Assembly: GCA_902634045.1 (NCBI GenBank)
Contig: CACPJE010000001.1
Coordinates: forward strand, 4,319-68,318
Length of the DNA stretch: 64,000 nucleotides
Direction of reading: 5' to 3'
Source of the DNA: an uncultured Pelagibacteraceae bacterium
Lineage (GTDB): Bacteria > Pseudomonadota > Alphaproteobacteria > Pelagibacterales > AG-422-B15
Under the pieces are notes generated by a model, which saw only the letters and a program-made list of their open reading frames with translations, did no database searches and was not told the DNA's origin. This document shows positions 47,155 through 56,267 of this stretch, piece by piece (positions within the stretch are counted from its first letter, which is position 1; each line of letters opens with the position of its first letter). Position numbers and translations under genes: made by a program.

Positions 47155-48498
47155 CTAACTCCAAGGGAAAGGACTATTTGATACAGGATGTAGCTTGCCT
47201 TCTTCATACCTTGAGAGTCTGAACGGTTCTAATAAAGCACTCTTTTCACCTAATACTTCTTCGGCAACAAGCTTGCCTACTCCAAGCATTTTATATCCAT
47301 GATTTGAGTCAGCTATAACATATACATTTTCTCTAAACTGATCAAAAACAGGAAAAGAGTCAGGAGTAAAGCACCCCAATCCGCCAGTGGCTCCTTTTTT
47401 AAATAGGTGAGATTTACCTTCAAAACGTTTATGACAAAATGCTAATGCAGAACTCCACATGTGAGCAAACTTGTCATCAATGATAAATTCCTTAGACTCT
47501 GGACCATAAGGATCCACTGAAATACCATCACCTCCCGGCTCTCCAACTTTGTAAGGAGATGATCCACCTTGAACACCATTAAAATGAAAATCTGGTTTAT
47601 AATAAAGTCCCCAGACTTCATCAGTGATTAGAGATTTATCAACATCTGAATAAAGTGGGGCATCTGTATCAACATGAATGACAGGAGGCATTTCACCATT
47701 ATCAGTTTTTAAAAAATCTGGTTCAACTCCAAGAACCCCTTCGGTTAGATACCAATATTGCCACATAGGAACATTAGAATGAACTGTACCATTAGACTTG
47801 ATTGAAACTTCGTTTGGTAAATCAAGCATATCCCAGAATGATTTAATCCACGGTCCAGCACCTATGATAACTTGATCACATTTCACTAAACCTTTATCCG
47901 TTTCAACTCCTGTTACAGCTTTTGAATTTGAACCATATTCAAATCCAGTAACAGTAGTTCCAGTTAGTATCCTAACCCCTTCTGCCTCTGCCTTAGTCGC
48001 TAAACCATATATAGATGAAGTATTATTTGCATATCCACCTTTTTTTTCATGAAGTACACTTGTTACACCTTTAGCCTGCCAATCACTGAACATGGATTTC
48101 ATATATGAGTCTACTTCTTTTTCACCTTGAATAAAGGTTGACTCATAGCCAATATCTTTTTGTTGTTCATAAATAGATGCTACGTCTTCCTCCATACTTG
48201 CAGGACTGATTTGCATGTAACCGCAATTGTGATAATGAAAATTTTCTGGATCACTTTCCCACACTTCTACAGAATGCGCCATAAGCTCACGCATTGCAGG
48301 CTGAAAATAATTATTACGAATTACGCCACAAGCAATCCCACTTGCACCAGAGGCAATGCTTCCCTTTTCAATTATAAGAATCTTACTTCCGTCACCTTTT
48401 CCTTGTGACTTTAATTTTTGAGCTAAATGAAGTGCAGTACTTAGACCATGAATTCCTGCACCAATAATTATATATTCAGCTTTTTGTGGAAACGACAT
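47155..48498 (-). CDS. FAD-dependent oxidoreductase (DAO/SoxB-like, stand-alone)
   Basis: 447 aa with the N-terminal motif IIIGAGIHGLSTALHLA. No GcvT domain and no partner subunits. Confidence 0.85.
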   Translation of the reverse strand: MSFPQKAEYIIIGAGIHGLSTALHLAQKLKSQGKGDGSKILIIEKGSIASGASGIACGVIRNNYFQPAMRELMAHSVEVWESDPENFHYHNCGYMQISPASMEEDVASIYEQQKDIGYESTFIQGEKEVDSYMKSMFSDWQAKGVTSVLHEKKGGYANNTSSIYGLATKAEAEGVRILTGTTVTGFEYGSNSKAVTGVETDKGLVKCDQVIIGAGPWIKSFWDMLDLPNEVSIKSNGTVHSNVPMWQYWYLTEGVLGVEPDFLKTDNGEMPPVIHVDTDAPLYSDVDKSLITDEVWGLYYKPDFHFNGVQGGSSPYKVGEPGGDGISVDPYGPESKEFIIDDKFAHMWSSALAFCHKRFEGKSHLFKKGATGGLGCFTPDSFPVFDQFRENVYVIADSNHGYKMLGVGKLVAEEVLGEKSALLEPFRLSRYEEGKLHPVSNSPFPWS

Positions 48499-48672
48499 TT
48501 TACAAATCTAGTATAAAAAGTTCTTTTTTTCTCTTAATTACCTATAATTAGACATCTTTAGATAGGAATAAAAAAAAGAAAACTATTTAGTATGTATATA
48601 AATTATAGACATAAATGCTAAAGTATTAAAAATTTGACCAAATAGTTAGAAAATTTTTATGAAGGTTTAAAA

Positions 48673-51030
48673 ATGGAGTTAGATTTAACTGGATTCAATG
48701 TTAGAAAAACTCAGCCATATAATGCTGGTATTTTAGGTTTACCTGAAGATGTAGAGCGTTATGTAGCAAAAGCACAGGGACTAATTGGTTTTGAGACTTT
48801 TGCAGGAGATACAATTTCGATAATTAATTCAGAAGGCAGCCAACTTGCTGAAGTTGTTGCATTTGACAATTTAGGTAAATGCTCTTTAGAAATTATAAAT
48901 TGTAAAGCAAATAATGAAGCTTCATTTATAAAAAAAATATTATCGAATAGCCATGACAATAAATATCTTCTAAATAAATTAAAAAAGAAAAATATTGATT
49001 TTCATCAAGCTGTTTCTATAAATCTTTTTAATTTAGAAACAAAAGTCAGAGAGTCAATTGACCTAGAGTGTCATGAAGACGGTTTTGTTATTATTGCAGC
49101 ACCTGGAGAGGATATGGCAGTCGATGCACAAAATCCTGCAACAGATATAGAGGTAAGAGTTAAAAGAAAAAATAGAATTAATAATAAGTCTAATTATTAT
49201 TTGCCTCCTCCACTAGCTGATGTCAAAGATGAATTTATCATAAACAATAGCACAGCAACATCTTATGAAGTTGAATCAGGAGATTTTATTCAAGTAATCG
49301 ATTTATATGGAAGGCAATGTTCTGATTTTCAGGTTTTTGATGCTGCAAAATTGGAAAAGGGAATAGAGCTAAGCATTGATCCAATAGTAACCCGAAGTAT
49401 CATAGGATTAAATTATGCAAAGCCGGGGTTGTTTGCTAAATATTTTGATAGAGATCAAGACGCACTTGTTGAAGTTATTCAAGATACATGCGGAAGGCAC
49501 GATACATTTGGAAATGCTTGTAGTTCAAAATACTATGAAGATGTAGGGTATTTTGGTCACGCAAATTGTTCTGATAATTTTAATACTGCCCTTCAACCTT
49601 TTGGTTTAAATGAAAGGCGGGCATGGCAAGCTATTAACTTATTTTTTAATACTGGATTAGATGCAGCCAATGTTTTCTTTTTTGATTTGCCTTGGTCAAC
49701 ACCTGGAGACTATGTTTTATTTCAAGCTCAAAAAAACTTAGTAGTAGCTTCTTCTGCCTGTCCTTGTGATATTGATCCAGCAAATGACTGGAATCCGACA
49801 GATATATGCGTTAGAGTTTATTCTAAGAAAAACTTTTTTTCTAAAGCTATGGCTTATCGCAGGAATCCAGATTCAGATGTTTCTCTAACAAAGCAGACTG
49901 CTTTCCATGAATGTACATCTAAATTAACAAAAGATTACATAGAATTCGCAGGTGTCTGGATACCAAACAAATATGATAATTATGGAACCGTTGCAGAGTA
50001 TACAGCTTGCAGGAATAATGTAGCAATGATGGATCTTTCCTCTCTTAAAAAATTTGAGGTAGTTGGTCCTGATGCTGAAGAGTTAATGAATACTGCACTT
50101 ACTCGGAATATAAAAAAATTAGCAATCGGACAGGTTATCTATACAGCAATGTGCTATGAAAACGGTACTATGATAGATGATGGAACTTTATTTAAATTAG
50201 GTGATGCTAATTTTAGGTGGATTGGTGGAAGTGACTATTCTGGAGAATGGTTGAGAGAGTTAGGAAAGAAACTGGAACTCAGAGTTTCAGTTAGATCTTC
50301 ATCTGATCAACTTCACAACATCTCAGTTCAAGGTCCAAACAGTAGAAATGTTTTATCAAAAATTATGTGGACTACACCTGCTAGCCCAGGAATTGAAGAT
50401 TTAAAATGGTTTAACTTTAATATTAGTCGTTTGAATGACCACCTAGGCATTCCTGTAATGCTATCTCGAACAGGTTATACAGGTGAACTTGGATATGAAG
50501 TTTACTGTCATCCAAAAGATGGCCCTAAAGTATGGGATGCAATATGGGAGGCAGGTCAGGAGTTTAATATAGCTCCGATGGGGTTTGCCGCATTAGATAT
50601 GTTAAGGATTGAAGCTGGTCTTATTCTAGGCGGAAATGAATTTAGTGATGAAACAGATCCATTTGAAGCAGGCATTTCTTTTACTGTGCCGCTTAAGTCT
50701 AAAGAAGCTAATTTCATTGGACGAGATGCGCTTGTTAAAAGAAAAGAAAATCCATTGCGTAAACTAGTTGGATTAGAAATTGAAGGTAATGAACATTGCG
50801 GTCATGGAGATTGTGTTCATATAGGAAGAGGGCAGGTGGGAGTTATTACAAGCGGCATGATCTCGCCTACTCTAAATAAAAATATAGCATTGTGCAGAAT
50901 TGATATTCATTCTTCTGAAAAAGGAACAGAAGTTGAAATTGGAAAACTTGATGGTCACCAAAAAAGAATCAAAGCAAAAATCACTTCATTTCCTTTTTAT
51001 GATCCAACAAAAAGTAGAGTTAAAGCTTAA
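48673..51030 (+). CDS. tdm: Trimethylamine N-oxide demethylase (Tdm-type: DUF1989-like + GcvT-like fusion)
   Basis: 785 aa. The N-terminal half carries GDFIQVIDLYGRQCSDFQVFD and a Cys-rich ACPCD. The C-terminal aminomethyltransferase-like half carries MDLSSLKKFEVVGPDA and RTGYTGELGYEVY. Confidence 0.85.
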   Translation: MELDLTGFNVRKTQPYNAGILGLPEDVERYVAKAQGLIGFETFAGDTISIINSEGSQLAEVVAFDNLGKCSLEIINCKANNEASFIKKILSNSHDNKYLLNKLKKKNIDFHQAVSINLFNLETKVRESIDLECHEDGFVIIAAPGEDMAVDAQNPATDIEVRVKRKNRINNKSNYYLPPPLADVKDEFIINNSTATSYEVESGDFIQVIDLYGRQCSDFQVFDAAKLEKGIELSIDPIVTRSIIGLNYAKPGLFAKYFDRDQDALVEVIQDTCGRHDTFGNACSSKYYEDVGYFGHANCSDNFNTALQPFGLNERRAWQAINLFFNTGLDAANVFFFDLPWSTPGDYVLFQAQKNLVVASSACPCDIDPANDWNPTDICVRVYSKKNFFSKAMAYRRNPDSDVSLTKQTAFHECTSKLTKDYIEFAGVWIPNKYDNYGTVAEYTACRNNVAMMDLSSLKKFEVVGPDAEELMNTALTRNIKKLAIGQVIYTAMCYENGTMIDDGTLFKLGDANFRWIGGSDYSGEWLRELGKKLELRVSVRSSSDQLHNISVQGPNSRNVLSKIMWTTPASPGIEDLKWFNFNISRLNDHLGIPVMLSRTGYTGELGYEVYCHPKDGPKVWDAIWEAGQEFNIAPMGFAALDMLRIEAGLILGGNEFSDETDPFEAGISFTVPLKSKEANFIGRDALVKRKENPLRKLVGLEIEGNEHCGHGDCVHIGRGQVGVITSGMISPTLNKNIALCRIDIHSSEKGTEVEIGKLDGHQKRIKAKITSFPFYDPTKSRVKA

Positions 51031-51040
51031 TAAATAATTT

Positions 51041-51406
51041 ATGCCTTCATTGTCTGATTTAAGAAAAGTTTCTAATATTGAAACTCTTAAATGGGAATTA
51101 TTAGAAGAAGAATCTGCTGGTCAGGATGGGAACACTTGGTGGTACAACTTGAGTTATGATCTTGAAACAGGCGAGGGTTCATATCTTTACAAAATGGATC
51201 CAGGAACTAAGTCTAAGCCTCACTTGCATGAAGGCCCTGAGGAATTTTTTATTTTAGAAGGCGACTTAACTGACTCTGATGGCTATACTTATAAAAAAGG
51301 AGACTTTGTACATCTTTCATCCGGATCATTGCACTACAGTACAACAGTTACTGGCTGCACAATAGTTGTGACTCATAGAGGGAAATATATTTTTACTGAC
51401 AATTAA
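51041..51406 (+). CDS. Cupin-domain protein (ChrR-like cupin), unknown function
   Basis: 121 aa with both cupin metal motifs intact (PHLHEGPEEFFILEG and GDFVHLSSGSLH). Starts 10 nt after the tdm stop. Confidence 0.75.
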   Translation: MPSLSDLRKVSNIETLKWELLEEESAGQDGNTWWYNLSYDLETGEGSYLYKMDPGTKSKPHLHEGPEEFFILEGDLTDSDGYTYKKGDFVHLSSGSLHYSTTVTGCTIVVTHRGKYIFTDN

Positions 51407-51417
51407 TAGTATTCATT

Positions 51418-52632
51418 ATGAAAAGTTTTTTTGATAAGAGTTATTTCTCTTATTTAGTTATATTAGGTGGAAGTGTCCTATTACTGATTTCATTTGGAAT
51501 CAGGCATACATCAGGACTTTATCTTGTCCCAATCTCAGATCACTTACAGACTGGTCGAGAAATATTTGGTCTTGCTGTTGCGATTCAATTTCTTTTAATA
51601 GGCATCGGATCACCATTGTTTGGAGCTCTGGCAGATAAATATGGATCAGGAAAGGCAGCCTTGCTAGGCGTTTTTTTGGTTTTAATTGGTTTGTATTGGA
51701 TGGCTCACGTTGACTCCAGTTTTGAGATCATAGCTTCTCAGGCAATATTTGGATTAGGTGCGGCTGGATGTGGAACAGCTGTTGTATTAGGAGCAGTTGG
51801 AAAATCAGTACAAGAAAAAAATCGCACTCTATCTTTAGGTATTGTTATGGCTGCAGGATCCCTGGGTCAATTTTTGCTAGTACCTCTAGCAGGATTTCTT
51901 ATTCAAATCTCTGATTGGTCTGCATCCATTCTTTACTTAACTTTAATTGCTGCAATCATGCTTATTTTTTGTTTTCCATTAGATTATGCTGGAAAGTCAG
52001 ACACTATTGAAAAAGATACAGGCCAATCTTTAAAAGATGCACTGAAGGAAGCATTTAAATCAAAAAGTTATAATTTGCTTACCATAGGTTTTTTTGTATG
52101 TGGATTTCATGTTGCTTTTATTGCAACTCACCTTCCTGCTTATTTAGAAGATCTAAATCTTCCCTCATGGATTGGCAGTTGGTCTTTAGCCTTAATAGGA
52201 TTATTTAATATTTTTGGGACTTTAATTTTTGCAAGACTTGGTGATAAAATTTCTAAGAAAAATCTTTTAGTTGTACTTTATTCTCTGCGGTCTGTTCTCA
52301 TTCTTATATTTTTAATACTTCCTAAGAATGAAATAACAATATTAGTTTTTGCTGCTGTACTTGGAGTATTGTGGTTAGCAACCGTTCCTTTGACGAGTGG
52401 AATTATAAGCGTCGTATTTGGTATTAAATATATGTCTATGCTTTATGGATTTACTTTTCTATCACATCAATTCGGATCTTTTTTAGGATCGTGGTTTGGA
52501 GGAAGACTATACGATATGTATGGATCCTATGACTTGATGTGGTGGTTATGCATACTCTTGGGATTTGCATCTGCAGCTATGCATATGCCGATTGTAGAGA
52601 AGGCAGTACCAAGATTATCTTACCAATCTTAA
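51418..52632 (+). CDS. MFS transporter (oxalate/formate antiporter-like), substrate unknown
   Basis: 404 aa, 12 TM, with an MFS loop motif (GALADKYGSGKA). Confidence 0.85.
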   Translation: MKSFFDKSYFSYLVILGGSVLLLISFGIRHTSGLYLVPISDHLQTGREIFGLAVAIQFLLIGIGSPLFGALADKYGSGKAALLGVFLVLIGLYWMAHVDSSFEIIASQAIFGLGAAGCGTAVVLGAVGKSVQEKNRTLSLGIVMAAGSLGQFLLVPLAGFLIQISDWSASILYLTLIAAIMLIFCFPLDYAGKSDTIEKDTGQSLKDALKEAFKSKSYNLLTIGFFVCGFHVAFIATHLPAYLEDLNLPSWIGSWSLALIGLFNIFGTLIFARLGDKISKKNLLVVLYSLRSVLILIFLILPKNEITILVFAAVLGVLWLATVPLTSGIISVVFGIKYMSMLYGFTFLSHQFGSFLGSWFGGRLYDMYGSYDLMWWLCILLGFASAAMHMPIVEKAVPRLSYQS

Positions 52633-52634
52633 AG

Positions 52635-53969
52635 CTATTTAGACTCCATAAACGTTTTCATCGAGTCATCCATCGCTTCACCCCATGCTGTATGGTGCAA
52701 GGGAGCGACAGTTCCGGTTACAGGCGAAGAAAAAGAACGATTCCGATATGTCATAATATCCTCTTCTTTATTATGTTCCCATTCCTTAAAGTGAACCCGA
52801 ATTAACTCAAAATCTATTTCTGGATAATCGGTAGCTTCATGTAAATCCTTTGTATATTCTGTTTGGAAGTCAATCATTTGAATTGGATCTTCTAATTTCT
52901 CTTCTAAAGCAACCCAATTATTAATATCTTTATCAATTTCCTCAGCACTAGGCATCTCAATTTTTCCCATGATAACGTCTCTTGCATACCAGGCTTGGCA
53001 ATCAAACATATTAAAAGTATGAAATTGGTCTTGCATTCCGAGATACATCAAACTGTGATTGTCTTGCCAAACAACCCCTTTATAAAGTTTAGGAGGATAG
53101 AGTCTATTGTGTGTTTTAAGTTTTAAGTTATCTTCTAAGTAAGGAAAATGATGAAGGTAACCACTACATAATATTAATGCATCTACATTTTGAGTATGAC
53201 CATCTTTAAAGGTAGCTTTGTTTCCATCAAGTTTATCAAGGTAATGAACTTCTTTCATTCCATCAGGCCACTTAAAACCCATTGGATTATTTCTATAGCC
53301 AATCGTTACAGATTTAGCTCCATACTTGTAACACTGAAGTGCTACATCTTCAGCAGAATAGCTGCTTCCTAATACTACTACATCTTTACCTCTAAATTCT
53401 TCTGCATCCCTAAAATCGTGAGAGTGCAAGATACGACCAGGAAAAGATTGCATGCCTTCATACTCAGGTATGTAAGGAACAGAAAAGTGTCCTGAGGCTA
53501 CCACTAAATAATCAAAATTTTCTTTTGAAGTTGTATTTGCCTTTTTATTTGTTGATGTAATTTCATATTGTGACCCATTATAAATTACATTTGTTACAGC
53601 GGTTCCAAATCTAATATATTTTTTTACGTCAGCATCCTTTGCTCGACCTAAAATATAATCAAATAAAACTTCTCTTGGAGGAAATGATGGTATGGCTTGA
53701 CCAAAATGATGATCAAAAGAATAGTCAGCAAACTCTAAACATTCCTTTGGTCCATTTGACCAAAGATAGCGATACATGCTATTAGGAACAGGATCTCCGT
53801 ATTGATCTGAACCAGTTCTCCAACTATAGTTCCATAAACCCCCCCAATTATCTTGCTTTTCAAAGCAAACAACGTCTGGAATTGTTTCCCCTTTAGCTTC
53901 AGCTTGTTGGAAAGCTCTTAGCATTGATAAACCGCATGGTCCAGAACCTATAATTGCAACTCTACTCAT
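52635..53969 (-). CDS. tmm: Trimethylamine monooxygenase (bacterial flavin-containing monooxygenase)
   Basis: 444 aa. FAD site GSGPCG, NADPH site GSSYSA, and FMO motif FPGRILHSHDF (FxGxxxHxxxF). Confidence 0.9.
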   Translation of the reverse strand: MSRVAIIGSGPCGLSMLRAFQQAEAKGETIPDVVCFEKQDNWGGLWNYSWRTGSDQYGDPVPNSMYRYLWSNGPKECLEFADYSFDHHFGQAIPSFPPREVLFDYILGRAKDADVKKYIRFGTAVTNVIYNGSQYEITSTNKKANTTSKENFDYLVVASGHFSVPYIPEYEGMQSFPGRILHSHDFRDAEEFRGKDVVVLGSSYSAEDVALQCYKYGAKSVTIGYRNNPMGFKWPDGMKEVHYLDKLDGNKATFKDGHTQNVDALILCSGYLHHFPYLEDNLKLKTHNRLYPPKLYKGVVWQDNHSLMYLGMQDQFHTFNMFDCQAWYARDVIMGKIEMPSAEEIDKDINNWVALEEKLEDPIQMIDFQTEYTKDLHEATDYPEIDFELIRVHFKEWEHNKEEDIMTYRNRSFSSPVTGTVAPLHHTAWGEAMDDSMKTFMESK

Positions 53970-54229
53970 TTGAACTCCTAATTAAATTTTTTTTATTCTA
54001 ATTTATATAATTGAAAAAAAGCAATGAATTAAAATCTGTTCTCAGGGTATGAAGCTATTCGTTTATATATATATTTAATATATAATTTTAACCACATGTA
54101 GTATCTTATGGTTAATCGTATAGCATATATAGATTTTTCTTTTCGATCTCAATTGACTCGTTAAGTCACCAGCAATAGAATTTTTAATAATAATTAAATT
54201 TAATTAAGAACCTTTCGAAGGGGGGAGAC

Positions 54230-55180
54230 ATGTTAAAATCTTTAAAAATGCTAACTGCAATGCTTGCGCTTGTTGCTCTTACTTTTACTTCAAGTGCTGT
54301 TTATGCTGCAGATAGTAAAAAACCAATTAGAATTCCTACTCACAACTGGTCAAGCCAAGTTGTAATGTCATATGTGATCGGTGGAATTTTTGAAAGTATT
54401 GGTAATAATGTTGAATATGTACCTGCTGACTCTCAAGCAGTTTATGAATCAATTCGTCAAGGCGATGTAGATATTTCTCATGAAGTTTGGGAATCTGCTT
54501 TTGGTTCATCATTTGATGCTGCTCGTGATGCAGGTGGTTTGCTTGACTGGGGTGACCATGAAGCTAGAACTCTAGAGGACATGGGTTATCCAAACTGGGT
54601 AGCTGAACAAGGACTATGTCCAGGATTACCTGATTGGACAGCTTTAAAAAATCCTGATTGTGCTGCAAACTTTGTAACACCTGACTCTGGTGGTAAAGGC
54701 CGTTGGTTAGAAGGTCCTCAAAGTTGGCACCAAGATTTAATGCCTCAGCGTCTTGAAGCGCTAGGCTTGGATGATTTATGGATGGTTAAGTTTGCCGGTG
54801 GTGCTGATGCACTATGGGCTGAACTAGAAGCAGCAGAAAAAGAAGGTAGAGGAACAATAATCTTTAACTGGACACCAAACTTCACAGATGGTGCTGGTTT
54901 TACATTTATTGATTTCCCACCATTCTACGATGGCTGTAGACCAGAAGATGGAGGCGATGGAGCATGTGGTTCACCAGATGGATATCTGAAAAAAGCAGTG
55001 AACGAAAATTTTCCTAATACGCATCCACAAGCAGCGGCCATTTTCAAGAAAATGTCATTTACAACAAGTCATATAGGTGCAATGGCATCTCTGGTTGACG
55101 TTGATGGAATGACACATGAAGATGCTGCAGCAGCTTGGTTAGCAGATAATGAATCTACGTGGAAAGCATTTATTGATTAA
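54230..55180 (+). CDS. tmoX: Periplasmic substrate-binding protein, glycine-betaine/TMAO family (TmoX-type)
   Basis: 316 aa with a signal peptide ending AVYA/AD and a Trp-rich mature domain. Strong purine-rich SD (AAGGGGGGAG). Sits next to tmm and upstream of the ATPase and permease genes. Confidence 0.8.
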   Translation: MLKSLKMLTAMLALVALTFTSSAVYAADSKKPIRIPTHNWSSQVVMSYVIGGIFESIGNNVEYVPADSQAVYESIRQGDVDISHEVWESAFGSSFDAARDAGGLLDWGDHEARTLEDMGYPNWVAEQGLCPGLPDWTALKNPDCAANFVTPDSGGKGRWLEGPQSWHQDLMPQRLEALGLDDLWMVKFAGGADALWAELEAAEKEGRGTIIFNWTPNFTDGAGFTFIDFPPFYDGCRPEDGGDGACGSPDGYLKKAVNENFPNTHPQAAAIFKKMSFTTSHIGAMASLVDVDGMTHEDAAAAWLADNESTWKAFID

Positions 55181-55207
55181 TTGTTTAACTACATAGATTT
55201 TTAAATT

Positions 55208-55247
55208 AAAATCTCCCCTAGTTGTTTAACTAGGGGAGATTTTTTTT
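55208..55247 (+). terminator. Intrinsic terminator/attenuator after tmoX
   Basis: 16-bp perfect stem (AAAATCTCCCCTAGTT / AACTAGGGGAGATTTT) with a 4-nt loop (GTTT), running into an 8-T tract. Located 28 nt after the tmoX stop and 15 nt before the next ATG. Confidence 0.8.
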
Positions 55248-55262
55248 AATATTTTTAAAATC

Positions 55263-55712
55263 ATGAAAAGATTATTTTTATTTATTATTTTAACTATTTT
55301 TGTTTGTAATTCAGCTTTTGCACGTAAGACAGGATGTGAAGGTGATTGTGAAAATGGGATAGGAACATGGACCTATACAGATAAAACAGTCTATGTAGGT
55401 GAGTGGCGTGGTAGTTTAAAGCACGGGGAAGGTGTCGAAACTTGGCCAAATGGATATATATACACTGGTGAATTTGTGGATAGTAAATGGCAAGGACGAG
55501 GGATTTTAATTTTTCCAGATGGTGCTAAATATGAAGGTGATTGGTTTGATGACAATATGAATGGTCAAGGAACTTTTACTTGGGCAAATGGAGATATATA
55601 TGTCGGAGAATTTATTGACAGTAAAAGACATGGACAGGGCACTAAAACTAACGCTGATGGATCGGTAATGAAGGGTATTTGGGAAGAAGGAGGACTGGTT
55701 GAGTCTAACTAG
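55263..55712 (+). CDS. Secreted MORN-repeat protein
   Basis: 149 aa with a signal peptide (MKRLFLFIILTIFVCNSAFA). Four full MORN repeats (YVGEW..GEG, YTGEF..GRG, YEGDW..GQG, YVGEF..GQG) plus a partial fifth. Confidence 0.85.
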   Translation: MKRLFLFIILTIFVCNSAFARKTGCEGDCENGIGTWTYTDKTVYVGEWRGSLKHGEGVETWPNGYIYTGEFVDSKWQGRGILIFPDGAKYEGDWFDDNMNGQGTFTWANGDIYVGEFIDSKRHGQGTKTNADGSVMKGIWEEGGLVESN

Positions 55713-55721
55713 TAAAGAGAA

Positions 55722-56267
55722 ATGGCTAAAGATAACATTTTAAGAAAGTATAAAGAAACACCAGAAGGCCTTAGAGGATTGTTAGAACTAGGCGGGTTAA
55801 TGCTCTTAATAATTTCTATATTTTTTATTTTTTACATAGTTTTTCCTGGAAAGGAAAAAATACCTGAGGAGGATATTGTGCAAGAGAGTAACCAGTCTGA
55901 AGAAAATTATAAAGAAGTAATTAATTCACTTCCAAGTGGCCAAGTAAATTTCTACTCAAGTAATGAAGGTTATGAATTAACACTTGCTGAATATGAAGCA
56001 GTTTGCAAAAATACTAAAATAGTAACTCAGCGATCTATAATGGGTGCACATATTACAGATATTAGAGCACAAAAGTTGTATAAAGATAATGGAAACAATC
56101 TTGATAGTTCTTCAGTAGTTTGGGATAGTTTAGCTAATGTATGTATTGTTGAGTATGTTTTAGAAGCTGTGCATGGCACAACTGATACAATTACAGTTAT
56201 AGGTGAAGCAAAGGGGTTTTTGAATACTGGTATAGATACTAGAGTATATTTTATAAAAAATTTTTAA
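55722..56267 (+). CDS. Membrane-anchored protein, unknown function
   Basis: 181 aa. Short charged N-terminus, one TM (LGGLMLLIISIFFIFYIVF), and a C-terminal domain of about 130 aa with no motif I recognise. Confidence 0.6.
   Translation: MAKDNILRKYKETPEGLRGLLELGGLMLLIISIFFIFYIVFPGKEKIPEEDIVQESNQSEENYKEVINSLPSGQVNFYSSNEGYELTLAEYEAVCKNTKIVTQRSIMGAHITDIRAQKLYKDNGNNLDSSSVVWDSLANVCIVEYVLEAVHGTTDTITVIGEAKGFLNTGIDTRVYFIKNF

Noticed and set aside
51041-51406. Whether the 121-aa cupin is the SAR11 DMSP lyase DddK.
   Set aside because: The size and fold class fit, but the sequence does not resemble DddK as I remember it. It looks more like a ChrR-type cupin (W..L...G....L.....PG.....H.H.G.EE..ILEG). 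I cannot confirm either without an alignment.
54088-54115. TTAACCA-N14-TGGTTAA inverted repeat in the tmm-tmoX spacer, considered as an operator.
   Set aside because: By rough estimate, a 7-bp IR with a free spacer length is expected about once by chance in 260 nt of this composition. It is kept only as a note inside the spacer finding.
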